NCBI GenBank assembly: GCA_951406725.2
Contig: OX597814.1
Span: forward strand, 36,332,001 to 36,396,000
Direction: 5' to 3'
Origin: Octopus vulgaris
Taxonomy: Eukaryota
Length of the DNA: 64,000 nt
Under the pieces are notes generated by a model. The model was not told the DNA's origin. It did no database searches and was given only the letters and a program-made list of their open reading frames with translations. Positions 38,794 to 51,377 of this stretch are shown in pieces (positions within the stretch are counted from its first letter, which is position 1; each line of letters opens with the position of its first letter). Both the position numbers and the translations under genes were made by a program.

Positions 38794-39637
38794 ACTGACA
38801 GGTATAGGGAATAGAGAAAGTTAATCTTCACTGTATGTTTCCAAGTAAAACTGAATATGTTTCATAACTCAGAGTTGTAATATGTATTTGAAGCTTAACT
38901 TTTATTCAGATACCCTTTGTCGGTGGTTTGCAAGTTATTGTCACAAGGAGCAAAGTAAAGAATTTACTAACTTCAGCCACAGGAGAACTATGTGCGGAAA
39001 CCAAAGCTTGGTTAAGTGACCACTGAAATTCATTGTTGGCAAATAAGCTACATTAAAGCGGAAGAGATGTGTTTTAAGGATGCCAGTTTCTTTAAAAGAA
39101 AGGATATAGTCATTGAGTGAGAGAAACAGACAGAACAAAGAGGTGAAAGCCATCAATACAAAGTAATAAAGTTGAAATTCCGGCGCCAGAGTGGTATGAG
39201 TAAAGGTGAAGAATAAAACAAAGAATGCGCAATTAGGCATGGTTGTGAAGATAAATGAGCTTATAATGTCAAACTTACAAATGTTGTGATTACTAACATG
39301 TGTATAACAATGATGTATATGTAAAAATATACACAACAAGGAATGCAGAAACACATACATATATGGAAGAAATACGCAAAGACTATACTTGATATACATG
39401 TATATACATAAGCAAATAAGATGAAAATCTATACATATGTATGTGCATCAATAAACCAAAGAATACATCCTGTATAAACAAACATAGACCTGTAAATAAA
39501 CAAAACATGTACACATACAAGCATATAACAGTAACATACATATAATAATGTATATGCATGTGCATACCAATGTGGTGCTCCAGCATGACCATATTCAAAT
39601 GACTGAAACAAGTAGAAGAATAAAAGAATATATATAC

Positions 39638-39799
39638 AGGAGTGGCTGTGTGGTAAGTAGCTTGCTTACCAACCACATGGTTCTGGGTTCAGTCCCACTG
39701 AGTGGTACCTTGGGCAAGTGTCTTCTACTATAGCCACGGGCCGACCTAAGCCTTGTGAGTAGATTTGGTAGATGGAAACTGAAAGATGCCCGTCGTGTG

Positions 39800-39859
<60 letters not shown>

Positions 39860-40060
39860 TGTGTCTGTGTTTGTCCCCCCAGCATCACTTGACAACTGAT
39901 GCTGGTGTGTTTACGTCCCCGTCAATTAGCGGTTTGGTAAAAGAGACTGATAGAATAAATACTAGGCTTACAAAGAATAAGTCCTCGGGCCGATTTGCTC
40001 AACTGAAGGCGGTGCTCCAGCATGGCCACAGTCAAATGACTGAAACAAGTATAAGAGTAC
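39638..40060 (+). mobile_element. SINE family C, full length
   Basis: GGAGTGGCTGTGTGGTAAGTAGCTTGCT head, internal TA/TG tract, CAGTCAAATGACTGAAACAAG tail. Confidence 0.85.
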
Positions 40061-40479
40061 ATGCATATGTGCACACACACACAAACAATCAACAAACAAG
40101 TATGTTAAAATCGGTGAGTTTATATATGAGAACACACACATACTTATGAGTTTATATATGAGAACACACACATGCTTATGCACACATGAACACACCCACG
40201 CACACATGCACACACAAATATATGTAGTAGTGCATATGCATGCAAATGTTGACAATCCATGGGTTTGCTTGTCAACATTTGATTGAAGCAGTGATAACTT
40301 GCCTACATCTCTCATCACTGGTAACTCTGTGCCATCAAAAAGACATCCAGCCACAAAATACAATTTTATATAATAATGCTCATTAAAGAAATGAATTATG
40401 GCTTCAGCGTCTGGTTGAACCTGGTAAAAGAACATATATACATATATCTATACTCATACATACATAAAAATAAAACTAA

Positions 40480-40731
40480 AAATAAATGCACTCTTTTAAA
40501 GCCTAGCCAGTCTCATGGGCCCGGTTGCCCGGTTTCAATGGCATATGTGTTCTCCAGCTGGACGGGACGCCAGTCCATTGCAGCGTTACTCAATTTTGCC
40601 AGCTGAGTAGACTGGAGCAATGAGAACTGAAGTGTTTTGCTCAAGAACACGTGTCACCTGGTCCAGGAATCAAAGCCACAATCTTACAATCAATGATGCT
40701 GACATCCTAACCACTAAGCCACGTGACTCCA
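40480..40731 (-). mobile_element. SINE family B
   Basis: Reverse complement of 38418-38670. Confidence 0.85.
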
Positions 40732-41498
40732 CCATACATACATATGCATACATATGTATGTGTGTGTGTGTGTACATTTATCTATTTATTTATTTATATA
40801 GAATATATAGAACCAACCCCATAGTTGGACATACAGTTTAAATTTGATTTGGTACTTACATGTCTACAGTATCCTACCAGTACTAAAATTCATTGTTGTA
40901 GACTTCACTATGGATTCCATGTTAGTGTACTTATCCATTCCTGGCATCCTATATGTTGATGTGCCATGATTCTTTAGAATTCTATAACTAACACACACAC
41001 ACACACACAAACACATATGTACTTACACTTATATATAAGTGACCAAAGTGTACGTACGCCACTATATGTATATAAAAAAGAATACATAAAATGGGACAAG
41101 AACACAACAGACGACAGCAAAACATCCAGACAGATGATACAAAAAGGGACATCCCTTTTGCTGTGTGTTTGTGTTTGTTCCTAACTATTGCTTGACACCC
41201 AGTGTTGGTTTATTTGTGTCCTTATAATAAAGTTGTTTGGCTGAACAAGTAAGAGCAAGTGCCAGGCTTGAAAAATATTAGTACTGGGGTTGATTCATTT
41301 GGCAAAAAATCACAGCCATCAAGGTGGTGCCCCAGCATGGCCGCAGTCTAAAGACTAAAACAAGTCAAGATAAAAGATAACCTATGCAAACTTGGATAAG
41401 TGGATGTTGATGATGATGATGATGGTGGTGATGGTGGTATATTCATAGATTCAAATGTATGCATGATGTTGAAGTGTTGGACAGCTGAATAATATTAT

Positions 41499-41790
41499 CA
41501 TAAATTTAGATATCGGCTTCAAATTCTGGCACATAAATTTAGATATCGGCTTCAAATTCTGGCACATAAATTTAGATATTGGCTTCAAATTCTGGCCAGC
41601 AAATTTCAAGGGGTTGAGTTAGCTTATTACTTTGACCCCCAGTGCTCAACTGATTCTTATTTTATCGACTTGAAATGACAAAAGGCAAAGTCAACCATGG
41701 CAGAATTTGAACACAGAACATAAAGAAAGATGAAATGCCGCTAAGCATTTAACCTACCATGCCAGCAATTATGCCAGCTCACAGCCTTAC
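41499..41790 (-). mobile_element. Older SINE family A with triplicated 33 bp 3' junction
   Basis: CATAAATTTAGATATCGGCTTCAAATTCTGGCA x3 (41499-41597); CATAAATTTA recurs at 41791. Confidence 0.75.
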
Positions 41791-42419
41791 CATAAATTTA
41801 AATATTACAACAGTAACTGTGTTGTGCCTGTGAACAAGCAATTTTTGATTGTTTGTTCCATTTTCTCCTGACTGAACAGCAAACATGCTTCCAGCCCTCT
41901 CTCATAAGTATTTTTCCACATCCCTCTAGCTTTTAGTCTTAAAAAATTTTTACCTGTGGATCTAGTTTTAGCTCAATACATCTAAAATTCATTTATATAT
42001 AGAAAATAAGTTTAAGTTAATGTACAGTGAGAAGAAATATGAGACCAATAGCTTAGAAAATGTTGTTTATCAGTGAAGTATGGGGGTTATATTATGGATG
42101 TGCAGTCTTTAAATAGACAGTAATAAAGTGAGAGACAAAAGAGGAATGAATTGTTGGAAAAGGTAAGCAGGTTCAAGGGTGAGAGAAAAGCAGGATTGAA
42201 GGGTGTAGGTTATAAAAATAACTAGTAGCCAAGAAAGGTTAAGAGAAGAATACCTAAAATACATACGTAAGTATTATTGTTTTCAAGAGATGAAGGAGAG
42301 AATATAAAGAGATATATTGAATATACAGCTAGAATAAGAAATAATCATGAAAAAAACAAACAAAAACAACAAAAAAAAAAACAAGTAGAACAAAGACAGA
42401 ATGAGTGGGAGGTGTGTGC

Positions 42420-42486
<67 letters not shown>

Positions 42487-42629
42487 AATATATATATTTA
42501 TATATATATATGTATGTATGTATATATATATATATAAATATATATGTATGTATATATGTATATATATATGTATATATATGTATATATGTATGTATGTATG
42601 TATATATATATATATGTATATATATATAT

Positions 42630-42678
<49 letters not shown>

Positions 42679-42690
42679 CACGTATACATA
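42420..42690. repeat. (TA)n/(TATG)n microsatellite
   Basis: Directly visible. Confidence 0.95.
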
Positions 42691-43825
42691 TAGAAAGAGA
42701 GACTGTGTGAGTGGGAAGATGAATAATTGTAAAGAGAGGCTGCGAGAACAATGGTAATGCTGATAATGTTGATCATAAGAGAGCTGGTGAAAGATGGAAA
42801 TGCGAATGAAGAAGTAAGAGATAAGAAGTAAAGCAAGAAAGAGAAGGAGATGAAGACAAGAGAAAGAGGAAGAGATATGGGAGATAGAACAAAGGAGATT
42901 CTTGGTGGAGAAGAACCAGAAACAATGAAACAGGAACAGTGTCATTGCAAGAACTAGGAAATAGTACTGAATCTGTGAAACACACAGACATACACTAATA
43001 AACATGCCACAAACACACACACACACACACACACACATTTGTATGTATGCGGTAAAGAGAATGAATAATAAAAGAAAGGGAGATAGAGAGAATGAAAGAG
43101 AATGAATGGCAATGAAAACAAAGAGAGGAAAAGAGAGTGAAAGATAAAAGATAATTGTATTGGGAATATTTATTAATCTTGTCTCAAAACATAGAAAAAT
43201 CTAGAATTCCCAACAGAATGGACATTTCTAATTCAAGGAACTCATGAAATGTCAAAAGATGTCTGGAGAAATGAAATTCATTTTGGTGCCGAGGTGGGTG
43301 GTTTGACGTAAACAATACAAAGTGTTCGTATAACATACTTGCATTTAGCTTTCATTAAATACACAACTTATTGGCAGTGATAGGTTTTTACTACATTTTC
43401 TCTGTCAGACAAATTGTTGGCAAATAAGGAAATTATTTTAGAGATACTCATTAAATAACTTATAACATAGTAACATGAAAAGAAAAGATGAAAATATAAA
43501 AAAAAAAAATGTGAAGAATTAACAGACAAAATAAGAAAATCAAAATAAAATATATAAAGCATTGATTTTGAGCATCAGCGTATGACAGCAAGTTGGCAGT
43601 CATATTGAAGTGTCAAATAAAATGCTTTCTGGTATTTATGTTCTGAGTTCAACTCCTACTAAGGTCAACTTTGCCCTTTATTCTTTCTTAAGGTTAGTAA
43701 TTGAAGTGTAAAGGTAGTTAAGTGGCCATTTTGTTAGAATGTCAGATAGACAACTTTACAGTATTCATACTGACTCTCAGTAATCTGAGTTCAAATTCCA
43801 TGAAGGTTACCTTTACCTTTTCCTC

Positions 43826-44135
43826 CTCATCATCATCATTTAATGCCTGCTTTCCATGCTAGCACGGGTTGGATGGTTCGACCGGGGTCTGGGAAGCTGC
43901 ACCAGGCTCCAGTCTGATCTAGCAGTGTTTCTACAGCTGGATGCCCTTCCTAACGCCAACCACTCCATGAGTGTAGTCGGTACTTTTTACGTGCCACCGG
44001 CACAGGGAGCAGAGGAGGCTGGCAAACGGCCATGATTGCTTGGTGCTTTTACATGTCACCGACATGGATGCCAGTCAGGTGGCACTGGCATCTGCCACAT
44101 TCGGACGGTGCTTTTTACATGTCACCGGCACGGGT
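43826..44135 (-). mobile_element. RTE-type 3' UTR fragment
   Basis: (CAT)n, TTTCCATGCTAGC, CTACAGCTGGATGCCCTTCCTAACGCCAACC. Confidence 0.85.
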
Positions 44136-44683
44136 GTATTCTCTAGAATTCACAAATAATATACCTTTCATAGACTGGGGTCAATTTTTCTCTTTCACTT
44201 TGTCAGCCTGCCTGTCTATCTCTCATTTTGTGAAAGAACTCTTTGTGATCTAAAATATACCCAAGATATGCCATATGTCACAAAAACACTCCAATGATGT
44301 GATTAATAGTTGAGAGCTGAAGTTAAGGTAAATAAAATACCAGGCATATCAATGGATTACTAGAATTGTTGGAGTGTTCATTAGAAAGCAATATGGCATG
44401 TGTTGTAAAATTTTGCTTTTAAAATCACCACCACCATCGTTTTAATGATCATTTACCTATGCTTGCAAAGGTCAGATGGAGTTTCTTGAGGTGGATTTTT
44501 TTAGAGCTGGATGCCCTTCTTATTACCAACCTTCACCTGTTTATAAACAAGGAAATATTTCTTCATTATCAGACATGTTTCCACACAGGGGACAACTGTC
44601 ACACAATATCAAAACAAGGACACACACACAAATTCACACAAATATACACATGTACAGTATATATATATATATATATATATATA

Positions 44684-45949
44684 TCAGGTCATTAAAAATG
44701 AAATGTCCAATTTTCTTATGCACCAAGTTTGACAGTCATTAACTCTAATGTTTTATCCTGACAATTCTTTGTTTGAAGAATTATGTCATCACTTTTCAAA
44801 ATGCAATTCATGGTGTCTTATTATATTATGAGTTTTCTCTTGTAAATCAATTTTTGTGAACCCATGGATAGATAAAAAATTTGTGTTGTTTATGAATATG
44901 AGTTCCATCGTGGAACCAATGCATTCCAGACAGCTTGAAACATTAATGAGGTGTTCGGTGGAAGATGTGGCAAATAAGCACACTATACGTAGGTGGTTTG
45001 AGAAGTTACGGTCTAGTGACTTTACTCATGAAAATCAGCCCCATGGTAGACTTGAGACCAAAGTGGATAATGATGAGCTGGAAACTGTAGTGGAAGCAGA
45101 CACATCTCAAATTATGCATGAGTTAGCAGCAAGGTTTGATGTTTCAATTCCAACTGTATTAGAGCATCTGAAACAAATCAGCAAGGTAAAAAAAGCTGGA
45201 CAAGTGGGTACCATACGAACTGAACGAGGATCAAATGATACATCTTGAAACTTACTGTTCTTTGCTGTCATGGCATAAAAGTGAACCACTTTTGCATTGC
45301 ATTATTATGCGTGATGAAAAATGGACTCTTTTCAACAATAGTAAGCATTCTGCAAGGTGGTTGGATAGAGATGAAGTGCCAAAACGCAGGCTAAAAAGAA
45401 TATTCAACAAAAAAAGCTAATGGTGTCTGTTTGGTGGTCCAGCAATTGTGACAACCACTACAGCTTCATGAGACCTGGTAAGTCAATTACAGCAGATATA
45501 TACATCAGCTGATTGGCTGAAACGATGGGTGAACTTGCAATTAAACAACCGAGATTGGTCAATGGAGACAGGCCAATTATCTTGCAAGGCAATGCTCAAT
45601 CACATATTGCACAAAGAACACTACTCAAATTACAGGAACTGAACTTTGAAGTACTCTGCCATCCACCATATTCACCAGACCTTGCTGACTATCACATTTT
45701 CCAGGCATTGAACAACTTATTGCAAGGAAAAACTTCAAATCTGAAGAAGATGCAAAAATAGCTTTTGTGATTTCATCACCTCTTGCTCTCCAGAATTCTT
45801 CACTGCTGGCACAAATAAGCTACTGATAAAATGGCAAAATTGTGTTGATAATTTAAGTGCATACTTTGATTAACTGCATTGCTTTTTGTTGAGATAAAGT
45901 AAAATAAACTTTGAGTTCAAAATCAGACATTTCATTCTTAATGACCTGA
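44684..45949 (+). mobile_element. Full-length, inactive mariner transposon (second family) with TA TSD
   Basis: TA|TCAGGTCATTAAAAATGAAATGTCC ... GACATTTCATTCTTAATGACCTGA|TA; ~1.27 kb. Confidence 0.92.
44864..45870 (+). pseudogene. Mariner transposase pseudogene
   Basis: YEFHRGTNA...TIRRWFEKLRSSDF...WVPYEL...RDEKW...LQGNA.SH...HPPYSPDLADYHIFQAL; stops and frameshifts. Confidence 0.9.
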
Positions 45950-45979
45950 TACATATAATATATATATATATAAATATAT

Positions 45980-46026
<47 letters not shown>

Positions 46027-46539
46027 TATATATATTTATACACACACACACATATATATACATATATATCTATCTATCTATATATATATACATATATAAA
46101 TATATATATATACATACACACATACATACATACGTACATACATTCATACATACATTCATACATACATACATACATACATACAGACAGACAGACAGACATA
46201 CATACATACATACATAGCTTGAGTGAAAAAGCTAGCAATCTCAATGGCATTGGCATTCAGACTACGCCAATCGTTTGTCTGACAGAAGGATTCTTTCCAT
46301 AGCTCAATCACATACTGCTAGAAATATCAGCACAATCTTTCTCAGTATGCACGAAAATGCCTCAAAGAAAAGGATGCATTTGAACATAGGGGCTTCTAGA
46401 CATAAAATAGAAAAGAAAAGAAAGGAAATGGGATAGACTTTACTTAAGCTGCCTACTCAATCAAAGCTGATCTGTAGCAAAGCAACAATGATGACCTCTA
46501 TATACTGTATATACTATATATATAGACTATATACTGCTC

Positions 46540-46810
46540 ATCTGTTACTAATGTTAGGCAAGCGAGATAGGTTGGTCACGGTCATTAATGTTAACCAAGT
46601 TTGATAGTCACCCTGTCACTAATGAATGACCAGTCACTCTTTTACTAATGTTTGCTATGCTAAATAGCCTGGTCACTCTGATTACTTTATCTGTAATGTT
46701 TGCCTTGCTTGTTATATTGGCTCTTCTATCACTAATGTTAATCATAGAAGATGAACTGATCACCTGATCAACAATGACATGCTAGTGAGACTGGCCTGTT
46801 TATCACTAGC
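46540..46810. repeat. Ancient, degenerate ~35-40 bp minisatellite
   Basis: About 7-8 recurrences of a GGTCAC..T(G/A)TCACTAATGTT-like motif with diverged intervals. Confidence 0.55.
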
Positions 46811-47552
46811 GAGTAAAAAAATGTATAAATTCAAATGTAGACAGTAGGAAAACATGTGTTAAAAGAAGAATAGTTATTATATCATTAAGGTAATTTTTGT
46901 TTTTCTAAAAATTTTATTTAAATAAAAGTACATAATTTACATATTAAGAAAGAAAATTTTCTTCACTGACTGCTTCTAATTCAGTATTTTAGACTAAATA
47001 CTTTTGAAGTCTGTAATTTAATTTACATAGTTGAAAGTGAATAATTTTAATTAACCAATTTAAAGTATCAATTTCAATAGTCCCAGGTGTTCTATATGCA
47101 AGACAGTCTTTAAACATTAACAATGTCTCATATGATACCAAACTTATGGGACACATTGTGAAACTGACAAACCTAGGAGAATTGAATACATAATACATTG
47201 TTATTTTAACAATCATTGGTTTATATGTCATCATTAGAATAAATATTCTGTAGTCATTTCTAACACTCTTAACCTCCAAATGACCTAGATTTTATAGTTA
47301 TAAGAAGATACCAACATAAGCAGCAGGGTACTATATAATTGTCTTTTAAATAGACACAGGTACAGACATAGCTATATGGTTACAAAGTTCACTTCTCAAT
47401 TGCATGGTTTCAGCTTTGATCACACTAATTGATACCTGGGAAAGAGCCTTCTACTATAGTTCCAGGCTAGTCAATGCCCAGCGAGTGAATTTGGTTGATG
47501 GAAATGGTACAGAAGCCTGCCCTTTCTCTCTCTCCCTCCCTATATATATATA

Positions 47553-47762
47553 TAGTTAATCCAACCATGAAAACACAAAGAGAAAACACAACAACGCGAG
47601 GACGTAGAACAAATATAGTATTATTGGACGCTCAGGAAGGAAGGGAAGAAGGAGGGTTTAACGTTTCGAGTGGAGCTCTTCGTCAGAAACATAGGAAAAG
47701 GAAAGATCCAGAGAAGGGAAGACGGAGGAAAAAAAATCGCCAACGGTACACACACGGTCACA
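47553..47762 (-). mobile_element. Short Penelope-like (pLTR-type) repeat with minimal hammerhead, next to TA tract
   Basis: Contains CTGACGAAGAG...CTCGAAACGTT on the minus strand; diverged second copy at 49183-49420. Confidence 0.65.
47656..47690 (-). ncRNA. Minimal type I hammerhead ribozyme (Penelope-type)
   Basis: GUUU-CUGACGA-A-GAG-CUCCA-CUC-GAAA-C-GUU-AAAC: core boxes intact, 3 bp helix II, palindromic ACGU helix III, 4 bp helix I. Confidence 0.7.
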
Positions 47763-47829
47763 TTTTGAATCATATAATCATTATCATCATCATTATTATT
47801 TAATAACCATTTTCCATGCTGGCTCCTGA

Positions 47830-48045
47830 GCAGGAAGCACATAAAAAGCACCATTTGAGCATGGCCATTGCCGGTACTGCTGGAGTGGTTGGTGTTAGGA
47901 AGGGTATCCAGCTGTAGAAACTCTGCCAGATCAGATTGTAGTCTGGTGCAGCCATCTGGTTCGCCAGACCTCAGTCAAATCGTCCAACCCATGCTAGCAT
48001 GGAAAGCGGACATTAAACGATGATGATGATGATGACGATGATGAT
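47830..48045 (+). mobile_element. RTE-type 3' UTR fragment with (GAT)n tail
   Basis: GGAGTGGTTGGTGTTAGGAAGGGTATCCAGCTG...CATGGAAAGCGGACATTAAACGATGATG. Confidence 0.85.
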
Positions 48046-48599
48046 GGGCATTCAAAAGGTAATCAAATTTAATCGAAAACCTTGCATGCATTGCTAGCAT
48101 TTAGTTATTTGGAGATGGTGAAAAAATGTCTATTAATGTGATGTCTAAATTAATTACATCAATATGTATATAACTGTCTAGATTTTGAATTAGAATAGAC
48201 GAAGAATAATCGTTTGATTTAATAAATATCAAACAATAAATTTGAGACTTACTTGAGATCACCATTGTCGCATAAGAGCAGCTTGTGAAGTAGAAGTAGC
48301 CACTTGTACTCTTACTCGTCATGGTATGTTAAAGGTTAAATTTATCAAGGCTACTTTATTAAAGCTAATATATAAATGTAGTATGTATAAGCACAAAAAT
48401 GTATACATATATATAAATGTAAGAATGAAGTCTTTAAAGTTTAAGATTCAAATCAAGAAAGTGCAATAATAAGGTTTAGCAGTTCAAAACTCTGAGTAGT
48501 GAAATGCAGAATTAGGTCCGCTGATCATGAGAATAAAATATTGATCGCTTCGCTAAAAACTGACAAATTTAAGTGTAGGTGCTATGGGTTATTTCCCTA

Positions 48600-48828
48600 G
48601 GGTGCTTAAATAAAATATATTAGTTATATGTAGTAGATATAAGGATCCCTTCCAGGGGCCCTATGATCGACTTTTTCAGCAATTTAAGTATATCAGGAGA
48701 TTTCCAGACATGAGTTCTACTCACGTGTCAAATTTCATCAAAATTGATTAAACGATGTAGGGGGAGTTAGCTAACAACTCCACAAACAAACACACCTACA
48801 GACAGAAATACCCACATATGTAGTAGAT
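48600..48828 (-). mobile_element. Probable non-autonomous Helitron-like terminus
   Basis: AAATTTCATCAAAATTG...GGAGTTAG...ACAAACAAACAC..ACAGACAG...ATATGTAGTAGAT resembles the layout of short Helitron ends (minus strand A|TC start); ATATGTAGTAGAT occurs twice. Confidence 0.5.
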
Positions 48829-48877
48829 TACAGAGATCTACTGCAATCATGTGCTGAAACAAAAATAATTGCAGCAT

Positions 48878-49141
48878 GGAAGGTGTTTATAAGCCACTTA
48901 AAAGCACACAAAAACCGTTAGATTCACTTCAACATTTAAATTTTCGATCGCTTTGAAAACACGACCTGTTCACTGACAAAATTCCATGCTGCATCTCAAA
49001 ATTCTCTGATGAAGCATGGAATTTTGTTAGTGAACAGGTCGTGGTTTTAAAGGGATGAAAATATTTTGACAAATTAAATTTAAATGTTGAAGTGAATTTA
49101 ACAGTTTTTGCGTGTTTTTAAGTGGCTTATAAACACCTTCC
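48878..49141. mobile_element. ~265 bp hairpin (MITE-like fold-back) element
   Basis: GGAAGGTGTTTATAAGCCACTTAAAA...AAAATTCCATGC / GCATGGAATTTT...TTTTAAGTGGCTTATAAACACCTTCC with a short central loop. Confidence 0.85.
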
Positions 49142-49182
49142 TCACTGAAATTACATATATATGTATATATATATATATATAT

Positions 49183-49420
49183 ATAGTAAATCTAAAAAGA
49201 AGAACAAACACAAAAAGAAACAAGACTGTGTGAGTGGGAAGATGAATAATTGTAAAGAGATGCTGCGAGAATAATACATGTAAAATATTAGCAGACACTC
49301 AAGGAAGGAAAGAAAGATGGTTTAATGTTTTGAGCAGACACTCTTTTTCAGAAACAGAGGAAAGTCCAATAGAAGGGAAGATGGAAGAAGAAAATCGGCA
49401 ACGATTCACATGTGGTTACA
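49183..49420 (-). mobile_element. Decayed second copy of the 47553 repeat (dead hammerhead) with a 49 bp foreign insert
   Basis: Minus strand GTTTCTGAAAAAGAGTGTCTGCTCAAAACATTAAAC at 49320-49355; insert 49223-49271 matches 42700-42748. Confidence 0.65.
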
Positions 49421-49421
49421 G

Positions 49422-49458
<37 letters not shown>

Positions 49459-50629
49459 CATATATGCATACAGGACATCACAAACGGTGCAAAATATGTA
49501 AACAAATGAGGGAAGAATGACTGAAATATGTGAAAAAGTATATTAAAACTATGTAAACTGTGTGCATTTTCTTTTTTTTATATATATAAAACATCTCTTG
49601 ATACACACTCAGTGGCTACTACTAACTCCAGGCCACAACAAAGAGATAGGATGTTCTTGAAGCTGAGAATCTGAATTTATGGAGACAATATTTATATATC
49701 ACCTGAGGAAACACAACTAGATCTCATAATGCAAGAAATAGTTACATAAGCAAATCTCTGCAAGCTTGGAGAACTATCTTGCATAGAAACAATTGTAACG
49801 ATTGCAAATAAATGTCCAACCATACTCCTTCTTGTTGACTCCAACTTATTCAGTTATATATGCTAGCAAATCTACCCATCTACAATGGAGGCATAAAGTG
49901 AGGGAGATAATTCATAGCAGCAGTATGTATTGAGAAAAGGATTTGATAGATTACTGGATTAGAGAAATCAAATTATTGTTGGTGATACAGCTATCTATTG
50001 CAACTATATGATATGTGTTTGCGACTAAGTGACATGTGGTGACAATTCACTCCGGAACAGAAATAGGCTCCCAGCCTCTGTATCACGAATGGTTATGAGG
50101 ACCACTCCTAATGAAAGCCAGACTTTCCTTCAACTTCTACATAAAAAGTATTAAGAAAAAATGTTAGTTAGACATACTTTTATTTTAGTTGTTTACTTTA
50201 TTTTGTGCTTGTTTATACTCTTATACATTCAAAGTTCACAAATTTCATATTCGTTTTTGATAATATCAATATAATTACAAAAATGTCTTTGTAGACGATA
50301 TTTTCTGTTTAATCAACACTAATTTTTAAATTACTGGAACCTGTTGCTCTAATCGGAGCTACATATAACTGACTGTGTGTAAACATTAGAGTGGGTAAAA
50401 ATACACCTACTCAATCTAAAATCTGGTCCTGTGCCTTGTGTTACTGTGACTGCGTGAGTGGAATCTTTAGGAATCTGCCCATCTACAATGGAAAATAAGG
50501 GGATATGATCACAAATATAAACCCACTAAATTCATGAACAATATGGGGAGTGGGAGAAATCCAGAGTTAATCTTTGTCGCTGGAATTTTAACAGGAAAAA
50601 AAAAAGCAAATGTGATTTAATAATACAAA

Positions 50630-51035
50630 ACTCAATATCTACTAAATAATCATACTTTTTCACATTTTTTCCCTGATTACCTCCTTCGTAATCCCGGAAA
50701 ACATCATGACCTGTGTTCCAGCTGTTTGACCATGAAAAGGGAACAAACAAACAGATGGACATAACGCCCATTATAGTTGGAAGTTGACTTAATTCTTTTT
50801 GTTTCTTTAATTAGTTATCTCCACCTTAATTTTTATTTACTTTTTGTTACCCCTGTATACTGAACAATTACCCTCAATATCCACTAAATAATCATAGCTT
50901 TTCACATTTCTTTTGCTGAAAACCTTCCTGATTACCACTTTCATAATCCCCTCAAAAATATCCTGACCATTAGTCCAGCCATTTGACCATGAAGTGGGAT
51001 CAGACAGACAAACATAATACCCATCATAATACGAT
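50630..51035. repeat. Two diverged tandem copies (~150 bp) of a Helitron-like end
   Basis: TCAATATC(T/C)ACTAAATAATCATA...TTTGACCATGAA...ACA(A/G)ACA...CATAA..CCCAT at 50632-50775 and 50874-51030. Confidence 0.55.
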
Positions 51036-51377
51036 ATGTATATACACCCACAATGACACTTTCCTTTAGCTGCAGTGCAAGTTGAAGTTTTAGGAGGTGA
51101 TCCAGCCTGAGGACTATTGCATCTCTCTCTCTCATCTCTCTAATATATATGTATATATAGTATATATCGCGGGCATAGCTGTGTGGTTAGGGAGCTTGCT
51201 TCCTAGCTACATGGTTTCGGGTTCAGTCCCACTGCGTGGCACTTTGGGTAGGTGTCTTCCACTATAGCCCCGAGCCAACAGGAGCTTTGTGATTGAATTC
51301 GGTAGGTGGAAGTTACTGCCGTGTGTGTATGTGTGCGTATAGCTGCTCAGTGCCTCTCCGAAAGAGAGAGAGGGATA

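Noticed and set aside
38965-39016. TACTAAC branch-point-like site with a possible micro-exon
   Set aside because: The branch point is too close to the AG and the donor is weak.
46540-46810. CRISPR-like repeat-spacer array (also 16570-16750 and 29718-29925)
   Set aside because: Eukaryotic context, no cas genes, and the intervals are similar or identical to each other, so these are tandem repeats.
48100-48339. piggyBac-like end (AAAGGTTAA)
   Set aside because: No matching left TIR or TTAA site was found.
49005-49070. CTGATGA...GAAA within the 48878 hairpin
   Set aside because: No helix II closing the core; the pairing is explained by the hairpin arms.
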